Part shown: positions 27,710 to 37,013 of the stretch, in pieces
Layout of the letters: each line of letters opens with the position of its first letter
Numbering within the stretch: position 1 is the stretch's first letter
Assembly (NCBI GenBank): GCA_038203955.1
Contig: JBBRDK010000001.1
Location: forward strand, 4,030-68,029
Source of the DNA: Thermoanaerobaculia bacterium
Lineage (GTDB): Bacteria; Acidobacteriota; Thermoanaerobaculia; UBA5066; Gp7-AA6
Length of the DNA stretch: 64,000 nt
Reading direction: 5' to 3'
The notes under the pieces: model-generated
What the model was told of the DNA's origin: nothing
The model's input: the letters and a program-made list of their open reading frames with translations, nothing else
Database searches by the model: none
Position numbers and translations under genes: made by a program

Positions 27710-28927
27710 GTGCTGAAGTTTTTGACGATCCTGAAAGTGGGCCTGAAGGCGATCGTGCGCAACAAGCTCCGATCGACGCTGACGGCCCTGGGAATCATCA
27801 TCGGAGTGGCATGCGTGATCGCGATGATCGCCGTCGGCGGCGGCGCGCAGGCCGCCGTGCAGCAGCAGATCTCCTCCCTCGGCACCAACTTCCTGATGAT
27901 CTTCCCTGGCGCGGCGACGCAGTCCGGAGCGCGGGTCTTCACGGGTCAGTCCACGATCACCGGAGACGACGTCGCCGCCGTGCGCAACGAGTGCCCCTCC
28001 GTGGCGTACGTTTCGCCGATGGCGCGTTCGTCCGCTCAGGTGGTCGTCGGAAACCTCAACTGGGCGACGTCGATCCAGGGCGTGGGGGTCGACTGGCCCT
28101 TCATCCGCTCGTGGAACGTGGACCGCGGCAGTTTCTTCGGGGATTCAGAAGTGCGTTCCGCCGCGAAGGTCTGCGTCCTGGGGGCGACGGTGGCGAGATC
28201 CCTCTTCGGCGACGAGAACCCGGTCAGCCAGACGGTGCGCATCAAGAATTTCCCCTTCAAGGTCATCGGAGTGCTCGAAAGCAAGGGCGGCAGCACGATG
28301 GGGCAGGACCAGGACGACACCGTCGTGGCGCCCTACTCGACGGTGATGAAGCTCCTGAAACGCACGACCAAAATCGACATGTTCATGGCGTCGGCGGTCT
28401 CGCGGGACGCGGTCGACGAGGCGCAGGCCGAGATCGAGGCTCTGCTGAGGCAGCGGCACCGGCTCGGCCCGGGCCAGGATGCCGACTTCCAGATCCGCTC
28501 GCAGCAGGAGATCGCCCAGACCGCCGACCAGACGTCCAAGCAGATGTCCGCGCTGCTGGCCGCGATCGCTTCCATCTCGCTGCTCGTGGGCGGCATCGGG
28601 ATCATGAACATCATGCTGGTTTCCGTCACCGAGCGCACCCGAGAGATCGGCATTCGCATGGCGATCGGGGCCAAGGGCCGCGATATCCTCACCCAGTTCC
28701 TGATCGAGGCGCTCACGCTTTCCGTGGCCGGCGGGGCGATCGGCATTGCGCTCGGAATCGCCACATCGCGATTCCTGGCGTGGAAGCAGCAGTGGCCCAT
28801 CGTCCTGGCCCCCGCGGCGATCCTTCTGGCGTTCGGTTTCTCGGCGGCTATCGGAATCTTCTTCGGGTTCTACCCGGCGAGAAAAGCGTCCCGCCTGGAC
28901 CCGATCGACGCGCTCCGGTACGAATAG
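27710..28927 (+). CDS. MacB/FtsX-type ABC transporter permease
   Basis: 405 aa with a MacB_PCD-like periplasmic domain between TM1 and TM2, and a C-terminal FtsX domain (GIGIMNIMLVSVTERTREIGIRMAIGA). Confidence 0.9.
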   Translation: MLKFLTILKVGLKAIVRNKLRSTLTALGIIIGVACVIAMIAVGGGAQAAVQQQISSLGTNFLMIFPGAATQSGARVFTGQSTITGDDVAAVRNECPSVAYVSPMARSSAQVVVGNLNWATSIQGVGVDWPFIRSWNVDRGSFFGDSEVRSAAKVCVLGATVARSLFGDENPVSQTVRIKNFPFKVIGVLESKGGSTMGQDQDDTVVAPYSTVMKLLKRTTKIDMFMASAVSRDAVDEAQAEIEALLRQRHRLGPGQDADFQIRSQQEIAQTADQTSKQMSALLAAIASISLLVGGIGIMNIMLVSVTERTREIGIRMAIGAKGRDILTQFLIEALTLSVAGGAIGIALGIATSRFLAWKQQWPIVLAPAAILLAFGFSAAIGIFFGFYPARKASRLDPIDALRYE

Positions 28928-28937
28928 CCGCTCTCAG

Positions 28938-28979
28938 CACTGAGAACTGAAAACTGACAACTGATAACTGACAACTCCT
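28938..28979. repeat. Heptamer array CACTGAG AACTGAA AACTGAC AACTGAT AACTGAC AACTCCT
   Basis: Read directly. It begins 11 nt after the macB-permease stop and is preceded by the small palindrome TCTCAG CA CTGAGA (28932-28945). Confidence 0.9.
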
Positions 28980-28996
28980 CCCCCTGCCCGTAGAAT
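28968..28996 (+). promoter_or_regulatory. Sigma70-like promoter CTGACA-N17-TAGAAT, with the -35 formed by the last heptamer unit
   Basis: -35 at 28968-28973, a 17-nt spacer, and -10 at 28991-28996. It is upstream of the histidine kinase. Confidence 0.4.
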
Positions 28997-29044
28997 GTTC
29001 GTACAAACCATGTCTGATCTCCGGTCCTCCGGGATCCCCCCGCG

Positions 29045-31726
29045 TTGACGCGCTTCGCCCGCCTGCGCCGGGCGCTCTCTCCAAGGCGAAGCCTCGCCGC
29101 GCGACTCCTGTTCGGTTTTTTCCTGGCTTTTCTGATCCCGGGCGCCCTGATCGTGTTCATCCTCATGCGGCGGTTAAACGAGCTCAAGAACAACTCCGTC
29201 GAACAGCTGACCGCTGTCCGGGTCGCGCAGGCCTCCATGCAGATCCGGCAGGACGCCGGGTTCCGCGCGGAATGGATCGACCGGCGGGCCGCGGTCGCGG
29301 AGGAGGCGGCGTGGTCTATCGCCGGAGCGGTGAACCAGGCGCTCGCGTCTCCCGCGGCCGCCGGCGAGCTCCCTCCGTTAGACGACGACGGCCACATCTG
29401 GAACCCCTTTCCCGCCGAGGATACGGTGGCGTTCATCTCCGACGCCCACGAAAACGATCCGCAGGCGAGGCGGGACTTCGACGCGACGCTGCAGGTGGCC
29501 AGGCTCCTCCGGGGAGCGCGGGAACGCCGGCCGACGATCAAGAACGTCAGCATCTGGACCGCCTCCGGCGTGATGCGGATGAGCCCCTGGATGGACATTC
29601 ACGACGCTCTGAAACAGTCCGGCGGGGAGCTCGACCATTTCACCTTCAACCAGAAGGCGCGGTTTCCCGCGCGCCGGCCGATCGGCGGCGACAAGGCAGT
29701 CTGGTTCTCGGGCCGCGGCGGCCCGCGCGTCACACCTGAAGACCGGCTGGTCAGTTTCTTCGTGCCGGTGCGCAACGACGCGGGCGACCTCGTCGCGGCC
29801 GTCGCGATGAGCGTCGACGTCCGGCGGTACGCGATCGAGGCGCTGGAGCCCGCTGAGGCGCAGGGCGACGTCTGGTTCGTGGTCGACCAGTCCGGCAACC
29901 TCGTCTACCTGACGGGCCGGGCCGCCCAGCTTCTCGGATGGACGGCCCCCTCGGGTCCCTCGCTTGCCGATTCGACGGACCCCGAGCGGCGTCGGCTCGT
30001 CGCCACCATCCTCGGGTCCCCGCGCTCTTTCGGGAAATACGGGTTCGGAGGCGCCTCCTGCCGCCTGGCGTCCGCCCGGGTGCGGACCACCGGCTGGGTC
30101 TTCGTGGAGGGTCTCTCGGCAAGCGCTCTCCGGAGGATCGCCGCCGAGGCGAAGGAGGAGATTCAGCCGAAGTCCTACGCGGATCTCCAGCAATATGTCT
30201 TCTTCGTGTTCCTCTACCTTCTCATCGCCGTTCTCGCCGTGGTGGTGCTCATGTCGCGGCGGATCTCCGAGCCGGTCCTCGCGCTCGTGCACGCCGCGGA
30301 GGAGATCGGGCGGGGCCGCGCCGTGGAGGTGACGGGAGGAGGATCTCCCGACGAGCTCGGCCGGCTCGCCTCCGCCATCGGAAGAATGGGACGGCGCGTC
30401 GAACGCCGGGTCGAGACCCTGCGCCGCCTGCACTCTCTTTTCCGCGCCTCCTACCAGGGGACCGATCTCCGGGAAGTACTCTCCCGCGCCAGCGAGGCGA
30501 TCGCGGCCTTCACGCGCGCGGAACGCGTGTGGTTCTATCTGTACGACCCCGACACGAACCGGCTGGAGGCCCAATGGCCGGGCTGGAACGTGACTGAGGA
30601 GGTCGTGTCGAAGTTGAAGGTTTCCATCGCGACGCCTTCCATCGCCGGCATGGTGTTCAAGAGCGGCGAGCCCTATGTCACCAACGACCTCGAGCATGAC
30701 CCCTACGTCAACAGGGCCCTTCAGACGACGGTCGATGCCGAGAACGCGATCTTCTGCCCGCTCAAAGCCGAGGACAAGACGCTCGGAGTGGCGGTGGCGA
30801 CGAACCGGCCGGGCGGCTTCGGGCACGAGGAGGTGGACGCGCTGACCTCCTTCGCCGATGCCGCCTCGCTGCTCATCAAGAACGCACGCCTCTACACCAC
30901 GCTGACCGGGACGGTCGAGGAGCTGCGCCGGGCGAGTCGCCTCAAGGACTACTTCCTGCAGAACGTCAACCACGAGCTGCGCACGCCGCTCACCTCGATC
31001 GTCGGATGGACGGACCTGCTCGAGGAAGGCGACGTCGACCCGAAGACCCTGCAGCGGGGGCTGAAGCAGGTGCGGCAGTCGGCGCGTGTTCTGCTCGCCC
31101 TGATCGACGACCTTCTGGACCTCGCGCGCATGGAACGGGGCGCGCTGTCTCTCGAGCTTCGGCCCTGCTCTCTGCTGGAGGTGGCGCACCGCTCCATGGA
31201 CACCGTCCGGCTGATGGCCGAGTCCCGCGGCGTCGTGCTCATCCTGGCGCCGGCTCCCGATGCGCTGCCTCTGATCCGGGCCGACGCGCTCCGCCTCCAG
31301 CAGGTGCTCTGGAACCTGCTCGCGAACGCGATCAAGTTTTCGCCGCGCCATGGCCGCGTCGTCATTCGCATCGATCGGGAGCCCGAGCGCTTTCTCGTGA
31401 GCGTCGAGGATGACGGCGTCGGCATACCGGAGAGCGAGCTGCCGCACATCTTCGAGAGATTCCGCCAGGTGGACGGATCGGCGACGCGCCGCCACCCGGG
31501 GATGGGCATCGGCCTCGCGCTCGCGCGCTCCTTGGTCGAGCTTCACGGAGGCGCGATCTGGGCGGAAAGCGTCGTGGGTCACGGGAGCCGATTCACGTTC
31601 TCCCTTCCGATCTCCGCGGCCGACCGCCGCACCGGAGCCGGCCAGATCGACCGCGCCCGCGAGTCTGAAGATCCGGAGTCCGAGGAGCCGGCCGAGTCGG
31701 CGAAGGCGGAAGAAGTCGAGCGCTGA
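29045..31726 (+). CDS. Sensor histidine kinase (periplasmic sensor, HAMP, GAF, HisKA, HATPase_c)
   Basis: 893 aa with a TTG start, two TM segments, H-box NVNHELRTPLTSI, N-box LLANAIKFSP and G-boxes DDGVGIP and GMGIGLALAR. Confidence 0.85.
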   Translation: MTRFARLRRALSPRRSLAARLLFGFFLAFLIPGALIVFILMRRLNELKNNSVEQLTAVRVAQASMQIRQDAGFRAEWIDRRAAVAEEAAWSIAGAVNQALASPAAAGELPPLDDDGHIWNPFPAEDTVAFISDAHENDPQARRDFDATLQVARLLRGARERRPTIKNVSIWTASGVMRMSPWMDIHDALKQSGGELDHFTFNQKARFPARRPIGGDKAVWFSGRGGPRVTPEDRLVSFFVPVRNDAGDLVAAVAMSVDVRRYAIEALEPAEAQGDVWFVVDQSGNLVYLTGRAAQLLGWTAPSGPSLADSTDPERRRLVATILGSPRSFGKYGFGGASCRLASARVRTTGWVFVEGLSASALRRIAAEAKEEIQPKSYADLQQYVFFVFLYLLIAVLAVVVLMSRRISEPVLALVHAAEEIGRGRAVEVTGGGSPDELGRLASAIGRMGRRVERRVETLRRLHSLFRASYQGTDLREVLSRASEAIAAFTRAERVWFYLYDPDTNRLEAQWPGWNVTEEVVSKLKVSIATPSIAGMVFKSGEPYVTNDLEHDPYVNRALQTTVDAENAIFCPLKAEDKTLGVAVATNRPGGFGHEEVDALTSFADAASLLIKNARLYTTLTGTVEELRRASRLKDYFLQNVNHELRTPLTSIVGWTDLLEEGDVDPKTLQRGLKQVRQSARVLLALIDDLLDLARMERGALSLELRPCSLLEVAHRSMDTVRLMAESRGVVLILAPAPDALPLIRADALRLQQVLWNLLANAIKFSPRHGRVVIRIDREPERFLVSVEDDGVGIPESELPHIFERFRQVDGSATRRHPGMGIGLALARSLVELHGGAIWAESVVGHGSRFTFSLPISAADRRTGAGQIDRARESEDPESEEPAESAKAEEVER

Positions 31727-31774
31727 GGCCGACGCGCCTTGTTCAGCCTTGGTGACGGCGGAGAGCTGACAGCT

Positions 31775-32452
31775 TTACGCCGTCGCGGCCGGCAGCCCGG
31801 TTCCCTTCAGGAGGTCCTTCACGACGCGGGCGGTCTCTTCCTTCCCGGGGACACAGAGGTTGGGGTCCTTCTCCGTCCCCGCCGCGATCGCCGCCGCGTA
31901 CCCCTCGCAGTCGTATCCGCACGCGGTGCAGTCGGTCTGGGCCATCGCGGCGTAGAGCTTCAACTTCAAATCGCCATCCTTGGCCATCTCCATGCGCTTG
32001 GGCAGGGGGATCGTCTCGTCGTGAAAGGCGGGAGCTTCCTTCTTGACCTTCGGAGCGGCGGTGACGTCCTCCTCCGGACGGCCCGTATCGACCCACTGGC
32101 CGAAGGAGAGGCAGGTCGGGCACACGAACGTGTAGTCCCAGCCGACCGGCAGGAACTTCGCCGGTGTGCGGAACACCACCAGGGGACTGAAGTCCTGGGG
32201 ACACGACGGAGACTCGCGCTCCTGAGCGTCGAGCGCCATCGTCTTCAAGTGCGGGCGCGAGAACTCGATCTGCTTCGGCTTCTGGTCGAAGCGAAACATC
32301 TCGCCCTTCGGGCAGACCATGACGATCTGGGGCTTGTAGACGCGCTCGACGAAAAAAGCGCGCATAGGGACCGCGTGCTTCGGACACGGCGCCGGAGCGT
32401 CCTTCCAGAAGGAGGAGACGAGCCGGGATTTTTCGACGAGCGACATCGCCAT
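31775..32452 (-). CDS. Hypothetical Cys-rich protein with a C-terminal RnfB-N-type Fe-S domain (PF04060-like)
   Basis: 225 aa. It has two CP..-N(18-27)-CP.. pairs (CPKH...VCPKG; CPQD...VCPTC) and a C-terminal TDCTACGYDCEGYAAAIAAGTEKDPNLCVPG. Confidence 0.6.
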   Translation of the reverse strand: MAMSLVEKSRLVSSFWKDAPAPCPKHAVPMRAFFVERVYKPQIVMVCPKGEMFRFDQKPKQIEFSRPHLKTMALDAQERESPSCPQDFSPLVVFRTPAKFLPVGWDYTFVCPTCLSFGQWVDTGRPEEDVTAAPKVKKEAPAFHDETIPLPKRMEMAKDGDLKLKLYAAMAQTDCTACGYDCEGYAAAIAAGTEKDPNLCVPGKEETARVVKDLLKGTGLPAATA

Positions 32453-32460
32453 GGCGGGAA

Positions 32461-32466
32461 AGTATA
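32461..32466 (-). promoter_or_regulatory. -10-like hexamer TATACT, 8 nt upstream of the ATG at 32452
   Basis: The complement of 32461-32466 is TATACT. There is no SD in the 8-nt gap. Confidence 0.3.
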
Positions 32467-32474
32467 GATGAGCG

Positions 32475-32502
32475 GTCAGCTTTCAGCTGTCAGCTCTCAG
32501 CC
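32475..32502. repeat. Heptamer array GTCAGCT TTCAGCT GTCAGCT CTCAGCC
   Basis: Read directly. It is intergenic, between the MBL hydrolase stop and the Fe-S protein start. Confidence 0.85.
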
Positions 32503-32544
32503 ATTGAGCGCGGGGCCGCCCGACTGCGGCGAGGGAAAGGGAAG

Positions 32545-33207
32545 CTAGGCGCCTTCTCTGACGAAAGGGTTCGCCCGTCTTTCGTCGCCGATCGTCGTGT
32601 CGGGGCCGTGGCCGCAGACGACGGGCGTTGCCGCGGGGAGGGAAAAGAGCCTCTCCCGTATCGACTGCAGGATCAACGCCGTGTCGCCGCCCCAGAGGTC
32701 CGTGCGGCCGATCGATCGGCGGAAGAGCGTGTCCCCGGAGAAGAGGATCGGCGCCGCTCCGTCCGAGAGAAAGCAGGTGGAGCCCGGCGTGTGGCCGGGC
32801 GTGTGGATCGCCGTGACGGAGAACGCGCCGAATCGAATCACTTCGGCGTCAATCAGCGGCGCGCCGCGGGGAGCGGGGGAGCCGGCCGAGAGCCCGAAGA
32901 GCGCGGCCTGCTCCGGGAGCGCGTCGTAGAGGGGCGCGTCGTCCGGGTGGAGGCGGATCGGGGCGCCGGTCGCCGCCGTGACCCCGGCGCTGCCGCCAAT
33001 GTGGTCGAAGTGCGCGTGCGTGTGCAGGAGCGCGGTGACGCGCAGCTTTTCTCTTTGGATCTCCGCGACGATCCTGTCCGGCTCATCGCCCGGATCGATC
33101 ACGACCGCCTCGCGGATGTCCGGGTCGAAAAGGATCGTGCAGTTGCACTGGAGAGGCCCCACCGGGATGGTGCGCCGAACCGGTCCGGACGCCTTCGACT
33201 CCGTCAC
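32545..33207 (-). CDS. MBL-fold metallo-hydrolase (glyoxalase II-like)
   Basis: 220 aa with the HTHAHFDH metal-binding motif, then TPGHTPGS and a C-terminal GHG. Confidence 0.85.
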   Translation of the reverse strand: MTESKASGPVRRTIPVGPLQCNCTILFDPDIREAVVIDPGDEPDRIVAEIQREKLRVTALLHTHAHFDHIGGSAGVTAATGAPIRLHPDDAPLYDALPEQAALFGLSAGSPAPRGAPLIDAEVIRFGAFSVTAIHTPGHTPGSTCFLSDGAAPILFSGDTLFRRSIGRTDLWGGDTALILQSIRERLFSLPAATPVVCGHGPDTTIGDERRANPFVREGA

Positions 33208-33608
33208 GGGTGGACGGCGACGACGGTGTCCACGTCATGCCGTTCCCTGCGCTCCGGGCTCGCCCAGACGCGCTCGGGCGAAGAAAGGTTGATCTGCACC
33301 GCCCACTCGTCGTTGTCGGGACGGCGGTGCTCGGAGGCGAAGAGCTTGCGCCGGCTGCGGGGCGTGAAGATCTCCCAGCGGATCCATCCGAAGTCCGCGG
33401 TCTCGTCGTGCAGAGAGAACGCCGGAATTCGTTCTCCCGCCTCGATCGGCGCCTCGCGAACGGTCATGAGAGCAAATCCGTTCGCGGCCAGCCGCTCCTC
33501 GAGCTCTGCGCGGACGATGCGGCCCTGATGCCGCATCGAATGTCGCCCGCGCGCGACCCCCCGGCCGAGGATCAGGTCGTCGAGGGCCGATGCGAGCTCC
33601 GCGTCCAT
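33204..33608 (-). CDS. Hypothetical protein (134 aa)
   Basis: Its stop overlaps the MBL hydrolase start by 4 nt. Composition is normal. I recognised no domain. Confidence 0.5.
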   Translation of the reverse strand: MDAELASALDDLILGRGVARGRHSMRHQGRIVRAELEERLAANGFALMTVREAPIEAGERIPAFSLHDETADFGWIRWEIFTPRSRRKLFASEHRRPDNDEWAVQINLSSPERVWASPERRERHDVDTVVAVHP

Positions 33609-33659
33609 CGGGAGATTCTATCGGGAGGCGGGAAGGCAGGAGGCGAGGCGGGTGCGAGG

Positions 33660-35144
33660 TCAGCGTCCCGCGAGCGCCTGCTCCCGCAGGGCGGGATCGA
33701 GGCGGACGAGGATCGCACCCTCCGACGTGGGATATCTCGCGGAAGGGAATTGCGCGGCCCAGGCGCGAAGGTCCGCATGCTGCGGTTCGCCCGCGAGAAC
33801 CAGCCACGCGGTCGTGCCGGGTGGCCACGACCAGGTCAAACGGACGATCTGACCCTCGAGGTTCGGTACCTGCCGACCCGAGCGACCCCCGTCTACGGCC
33901 CAGAGCGGTCCGACTGCATAAAACGCCGTACAGAGCTGCGCATACTGGTTTTCCGTAAAAACCGGTTCCTCCGCCGGCCTCGATTTGACGAAGGTCGCCA
34001 GCGGGCGCCAGTCGGCCCGCCCTTCTCGGAAATAACGTGACAGCGACCGCGCGTCGAGGAGAAGAATTCCGACGAGCGCAATCGAGGCGATGATTCGGCC
34101 CGCGGGCCGGTGAAAGAGGACACCAAGGGGAAGCGCAGCCAGAGCGACGAGCGCGATCCCCGCCGGGAGGAATCTGCGTGCGAAGTCGTAGTGTGGATGG
34201 AGCTGCCCGATCAGCTCGATTGCCGCGAAGCCTCCGATCCCCCAGGCGACGAGGAAGCGCAACCCGGGTTGGCGGAGGGCGATCACGGTCCCGGCAATCA
34301 CGATTGCCAGATAGAGGGCGCCCGGCAGCCGCAGGGGCTGATCCCCTTCCGTCGAGAAGAGGAAAAAAGAGAACGTGCGGTCGGCGCGCGCGAGCGTGAG
34401 GGAGGCGCGGCCTGCGGCCGGGGGCCGTTTCGACGCCTCGACCACGACCGGCCACCACGGGAGATACGCGAGGAAGAGGGTCACGCAGAACACGGGACTC
34501 GAGACGAGAAACAACCGTGCCGTGCGCCGGCGGCTGCCGGAGGAAAAGGAGTCCTCGACGAGCATCGCGAGGGCGGCGATGGTGAGCACGACCGCGGCGA
34601 AGTAGAGCGTATAGGCCGTCGCCAGACAGGCGAGCCAGAGGAAAGCCAGCCGCCACGCCGACTTGCGTTCGAGGAACCAGTCCAGGAGGAGCAGGGACAG
34701 GCAGAGAAGGAAGAGGGAGAGCGCGTAGGGGCGGAACTCCTGCGAGTAGCGCACATGGAAAGGGGCCGCGGCGAGCAGGAGAGCGGCCACGATCCCGGCG
34801 TGTCGCCCGGCGCGGCGTCCGACGAGCAGGGCGAAGATCGGGACCGTCCCGGCACCCCAGACGACGTCCGGCACTTTCCGCACCCAGTCGGCAGGGCGGA
34901 CGCTTTCGACGAAGCGGGCGATGAGGTAGTCGAGGGGTGGATGAACGGCGTCGAACTTGAGGGACTTCCAGAAGGAGTCCCAGGTGCCCTGGATGAAATA
35001 CCCCTGGAGGATTTCGTCGAGGCCGTAGGAGAAATGGTCGAGCCGGAAGATCCGCACGGCGACGGCGGCCAGCGTGATCGCGATGAGAAGGAAAGCGCCG
35101 CCACGGCTTCGGACTCGAGAGTCTTGCACGCCGTTAAATCCCAT
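33660..35144 (-). CDS. GT-C glycosyltransferase (family 39 / ArnT-PMT-like) membrane protein
   Basis: The start was chosen at ATG 35144 (MGFNGV...). It has RLDHFSYGLDE and the AVHPPLDYLIARF motif typical of GT39/83, and more than 10 TM segments. Confidence 0.7.
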   Translation of the reverse strand: MGFNGVQDSRVRSRGGAFLLIAITLAAVAVRIFRLDHFSYGLDEILQGYFIQGTWDSFWKSLKFDAVHPPLDYLIARFVESVRPADWVRKVPDVVWGAGTVPIFALLVGRRAGRHAGIVAALLLAAAPFHVRYSQEFRPYALSLFLLCLSLLLLDWFLERKSAWRLAFLWLACLATAYTLYFAAVVLTIAALAMLVEDSFSSGSRRRTARLFLVSSPVFCVTLFLAYLPWWPVVVEASKRPPAAGRASLTLARADRTFSFFLFSTEGDQPLRLPGALYLAIVIAGTVIALRQPGLRFLVAWGIGGFAAIELIGQLHPHYDFARRFLPAGIALVALAALPLGVLFHRPAGRIIASIALVGILLLDARSLSRYFREGRADWRPLATFVKSRPAEEPVFTENQYAQLCTAFYAVGPLWAVDGGRSGRQVPNLEGQIVRLTWSWPPGTTAWLVLAGEPQHADLRAWAAQFPSARYPTSEGAILVRLDPALREQALAGR

Positions 35145-36474
35145 AAAGGGCGACCGCGGACCGAAACCAGAGGACGTTCGCCAGGAGAACGAAGAGGCCA
35201 AGCGCCAATTGGAAGCGCGGGAGACGATCCGCAACGCTCGGTCCGAACGAAACGGCGAGCCAGGGCGCCCATCCCCAGGCGTACCAGCCGCCCAATCCGC
35301 CCCATTGTCCGAAAAGTTTCCGATTTAGCACCGCCATCGTCAGAAAGCCTCCTACGACGAAGAGAACGCCGGCGGCGTTTGCGCGCCCGGACAGCGATTC
35401 TGAAGGCACCGGCGCTGCAACGCGTGCCTCCTCCCGACGTCGCCGGATCTCACTCGCGGCGGCCACAGAAAGAAGGACGAACCACATCAGGTTGAGGATC
35501 AAGGGGGCTCGAAAGAAACTCCACTCTCCCAGCCAGAAGACAGTTTTGACGAAGGTGTAAATGGATCGGACCAGGCCAACGGCGAAAGATCGAATCGAAT
35601 CTGGCACCCACCCGAGCTGATTGAGTTCGTATGTGCCGCCCCACGACCAGCCGCGAAGAGCCTGCAGCCCGATGACCGAGAGAGATGCGAGAGCTCCAGC
35701 GGCAGCCGCCACTCTTCGCCTTTTCAGCCAGAGCGCCGTCGTGGCGACAGCGACGATCGGAAAAGCCGTCAGCTTCAAGAGCGGACCGAGGGTGAGCAGA
35801 AGGAGCATGTCGCGAGTCCGTGCGCCGTGGGCCATTCTCTCGATGACGAGAGCGGTCCAGAGAAAGAGCGCCGCGTCGTTCGACCCACGGGCGAGCGCTT
35901 CCGAAGCTCCAGGAAGAAGAAGAAACAGAAGAAAGACGGCCGCAAAAGCCTCGCCTCGGTCTCTCGCGAGGCTCCGAATCTGGAACGCGAGGGCGGTGAG
36001 CACGAGAAGAACGGACACGAGGCGTAGGGCGAGAAGTCGCGACTCCGGGGAGGAAAAGACCGCGCGGGTCGTGCGTAACAGCGTCCCCGCGAGAGCGTAA
36101 AAGAGGGGAGGCTGGTGGGCCTCGTAGTTGACGACGGTGTTCTCCCGACGGGCATTCGAACTCTTCGAAAGAATGTTGAACGCGCCATTGCCGCCAAACG
36201 GAGCGCACGGGAAGGCCTGGGAGAGCGCGGCACAGCAGGGGTGGCCGCTTATCGAAGCCGCTATCGCGCCCGGAAGCCGGTCGCCCTCGAGACCGCTTCG
36301 CCAGGATTCGTCCGCGAAAACGACGGCTCGTCCCAGATGAAACGGCTCGTCCGGACCCTCGTACGCAGGAACGTAAAGCGCATGGAACAGAAGTCGGCCG
36401 GCGAGGAGGCCGAAGAGAACCAGGACCCGCCCACTCGGCGGGAGGTTCGACTTTGCGACGAGCGTGCGAATCAC
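35134..36474 (-). CDS. GT-C-like polytopic membrane protein
   Basis: 446 aa with a GTG start, YEGPDEPFHLGRA and the EAHQPPLFYALAG motif, and many TM segments. Confidence 0.6.
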   Translation of the reverse strand: MIRTLVAKSNLPPSGRVLVLFGLLAGRLLFHALYVPAYEGPDEPFHLGRAVVFADESWRSGLEGDRLPGAIAASISGHPCCAALSQAFPCAPFGGNGAFNILSKSSNARRENTVVNYEAHQPPLFYALAGTLLRTTRAVFSSPESRLLALRLVSVLLVLTALAFQIRSLARDRGEAFAAVFLLFLLLPGASEALARGSNDAALFLWTALVIERMAHGARTRDMLLLLTLGPLLKLTAFPIVAVATTALWLKRRRVAAAAGALASLSVIGLQALRGWSWGGTYELNQLGWVPDSIRSFAVGLVRSIYTFVKTVFWLGEWSFFRAPLILNLMWFVLLSVAAASEIRRRREEARVAAPVPSESLSGRANAAGVLFVVGGFLTMAVLNRKLFGQWGGLGGWYAWGWAPWLAVSFGPSVADRLPRFQLALGLFVLLANVLWFRSAVALYGI

Positions 36475-36542
36475 GCGATATTAAGCGAGACAATTGGCAG
36501 CGTACCGACGCGGTCTCCGCGCTCCGACGCTGATACGTTTGA

Positions 36543-37013
36543 ATGGTGGCCGACGTCGTTTCGCAACTCATCCGCCTGTCTCTCGCGGTCTGGTTCGGCG
36601 GCAGCGTCCTCGCGGCGATGGCGGCGCCGGTTGTGTTCCGGACGGTGACTTCTCGGGATCAGGCCGGCGCCGCCTTCGGCGAGATCCTGCGGCGGTTCGA
36701 GGCCGTCAAGCAGCTCCTCTCTCTCCTGCTGGTGATCGGCGTCTTCGTGGAGCTCGAGCGGGCCGGAGGCCTTGCCGGCCGTGCCGTCGTTTCGGGAATC
36801 GCGATCTTCGTGGCGGTCGCGACCAACGTGTACCTTTCGATGGTGCTGCGCCCGCGGATGAACTATTTCCGCATGAAGGTCGGCTCGTTCGACGCGGCGG
36901 GCCCGGACGACCCCTGGCGGCGGAAGTTCGACGGCCTCCATCGCCGGTCGAGCCGGATCTTCACCCTCGGCGCGCTCGCCGCCGGTATCGCGCTCTGGTA
37001 CCGGGGAAGTTGA
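36543..37013 (+). CDS. DUF4149-like small membrane protein
   Basis: 156 aa with four hydrophobic segments. The N-terminus LSLAVWFGGSVLAAMAAPVVF resembles DUF4149/TMEM205. Confidence 0.55.
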   Translation: MVADVVSQLIRLSLAVWFGGSVLAAMAAPVVFRTVTSRDQAGAAFGEILRRFEAVKQLLSLLLVIGVFVELERAGGLAGRAVVSGIAIFVAVATNVYLSMVLRPRMNYFRMKVGSFDAAGPDDPWRRKFDGLHRRSSRIFTLGALAAGIALWYRGS

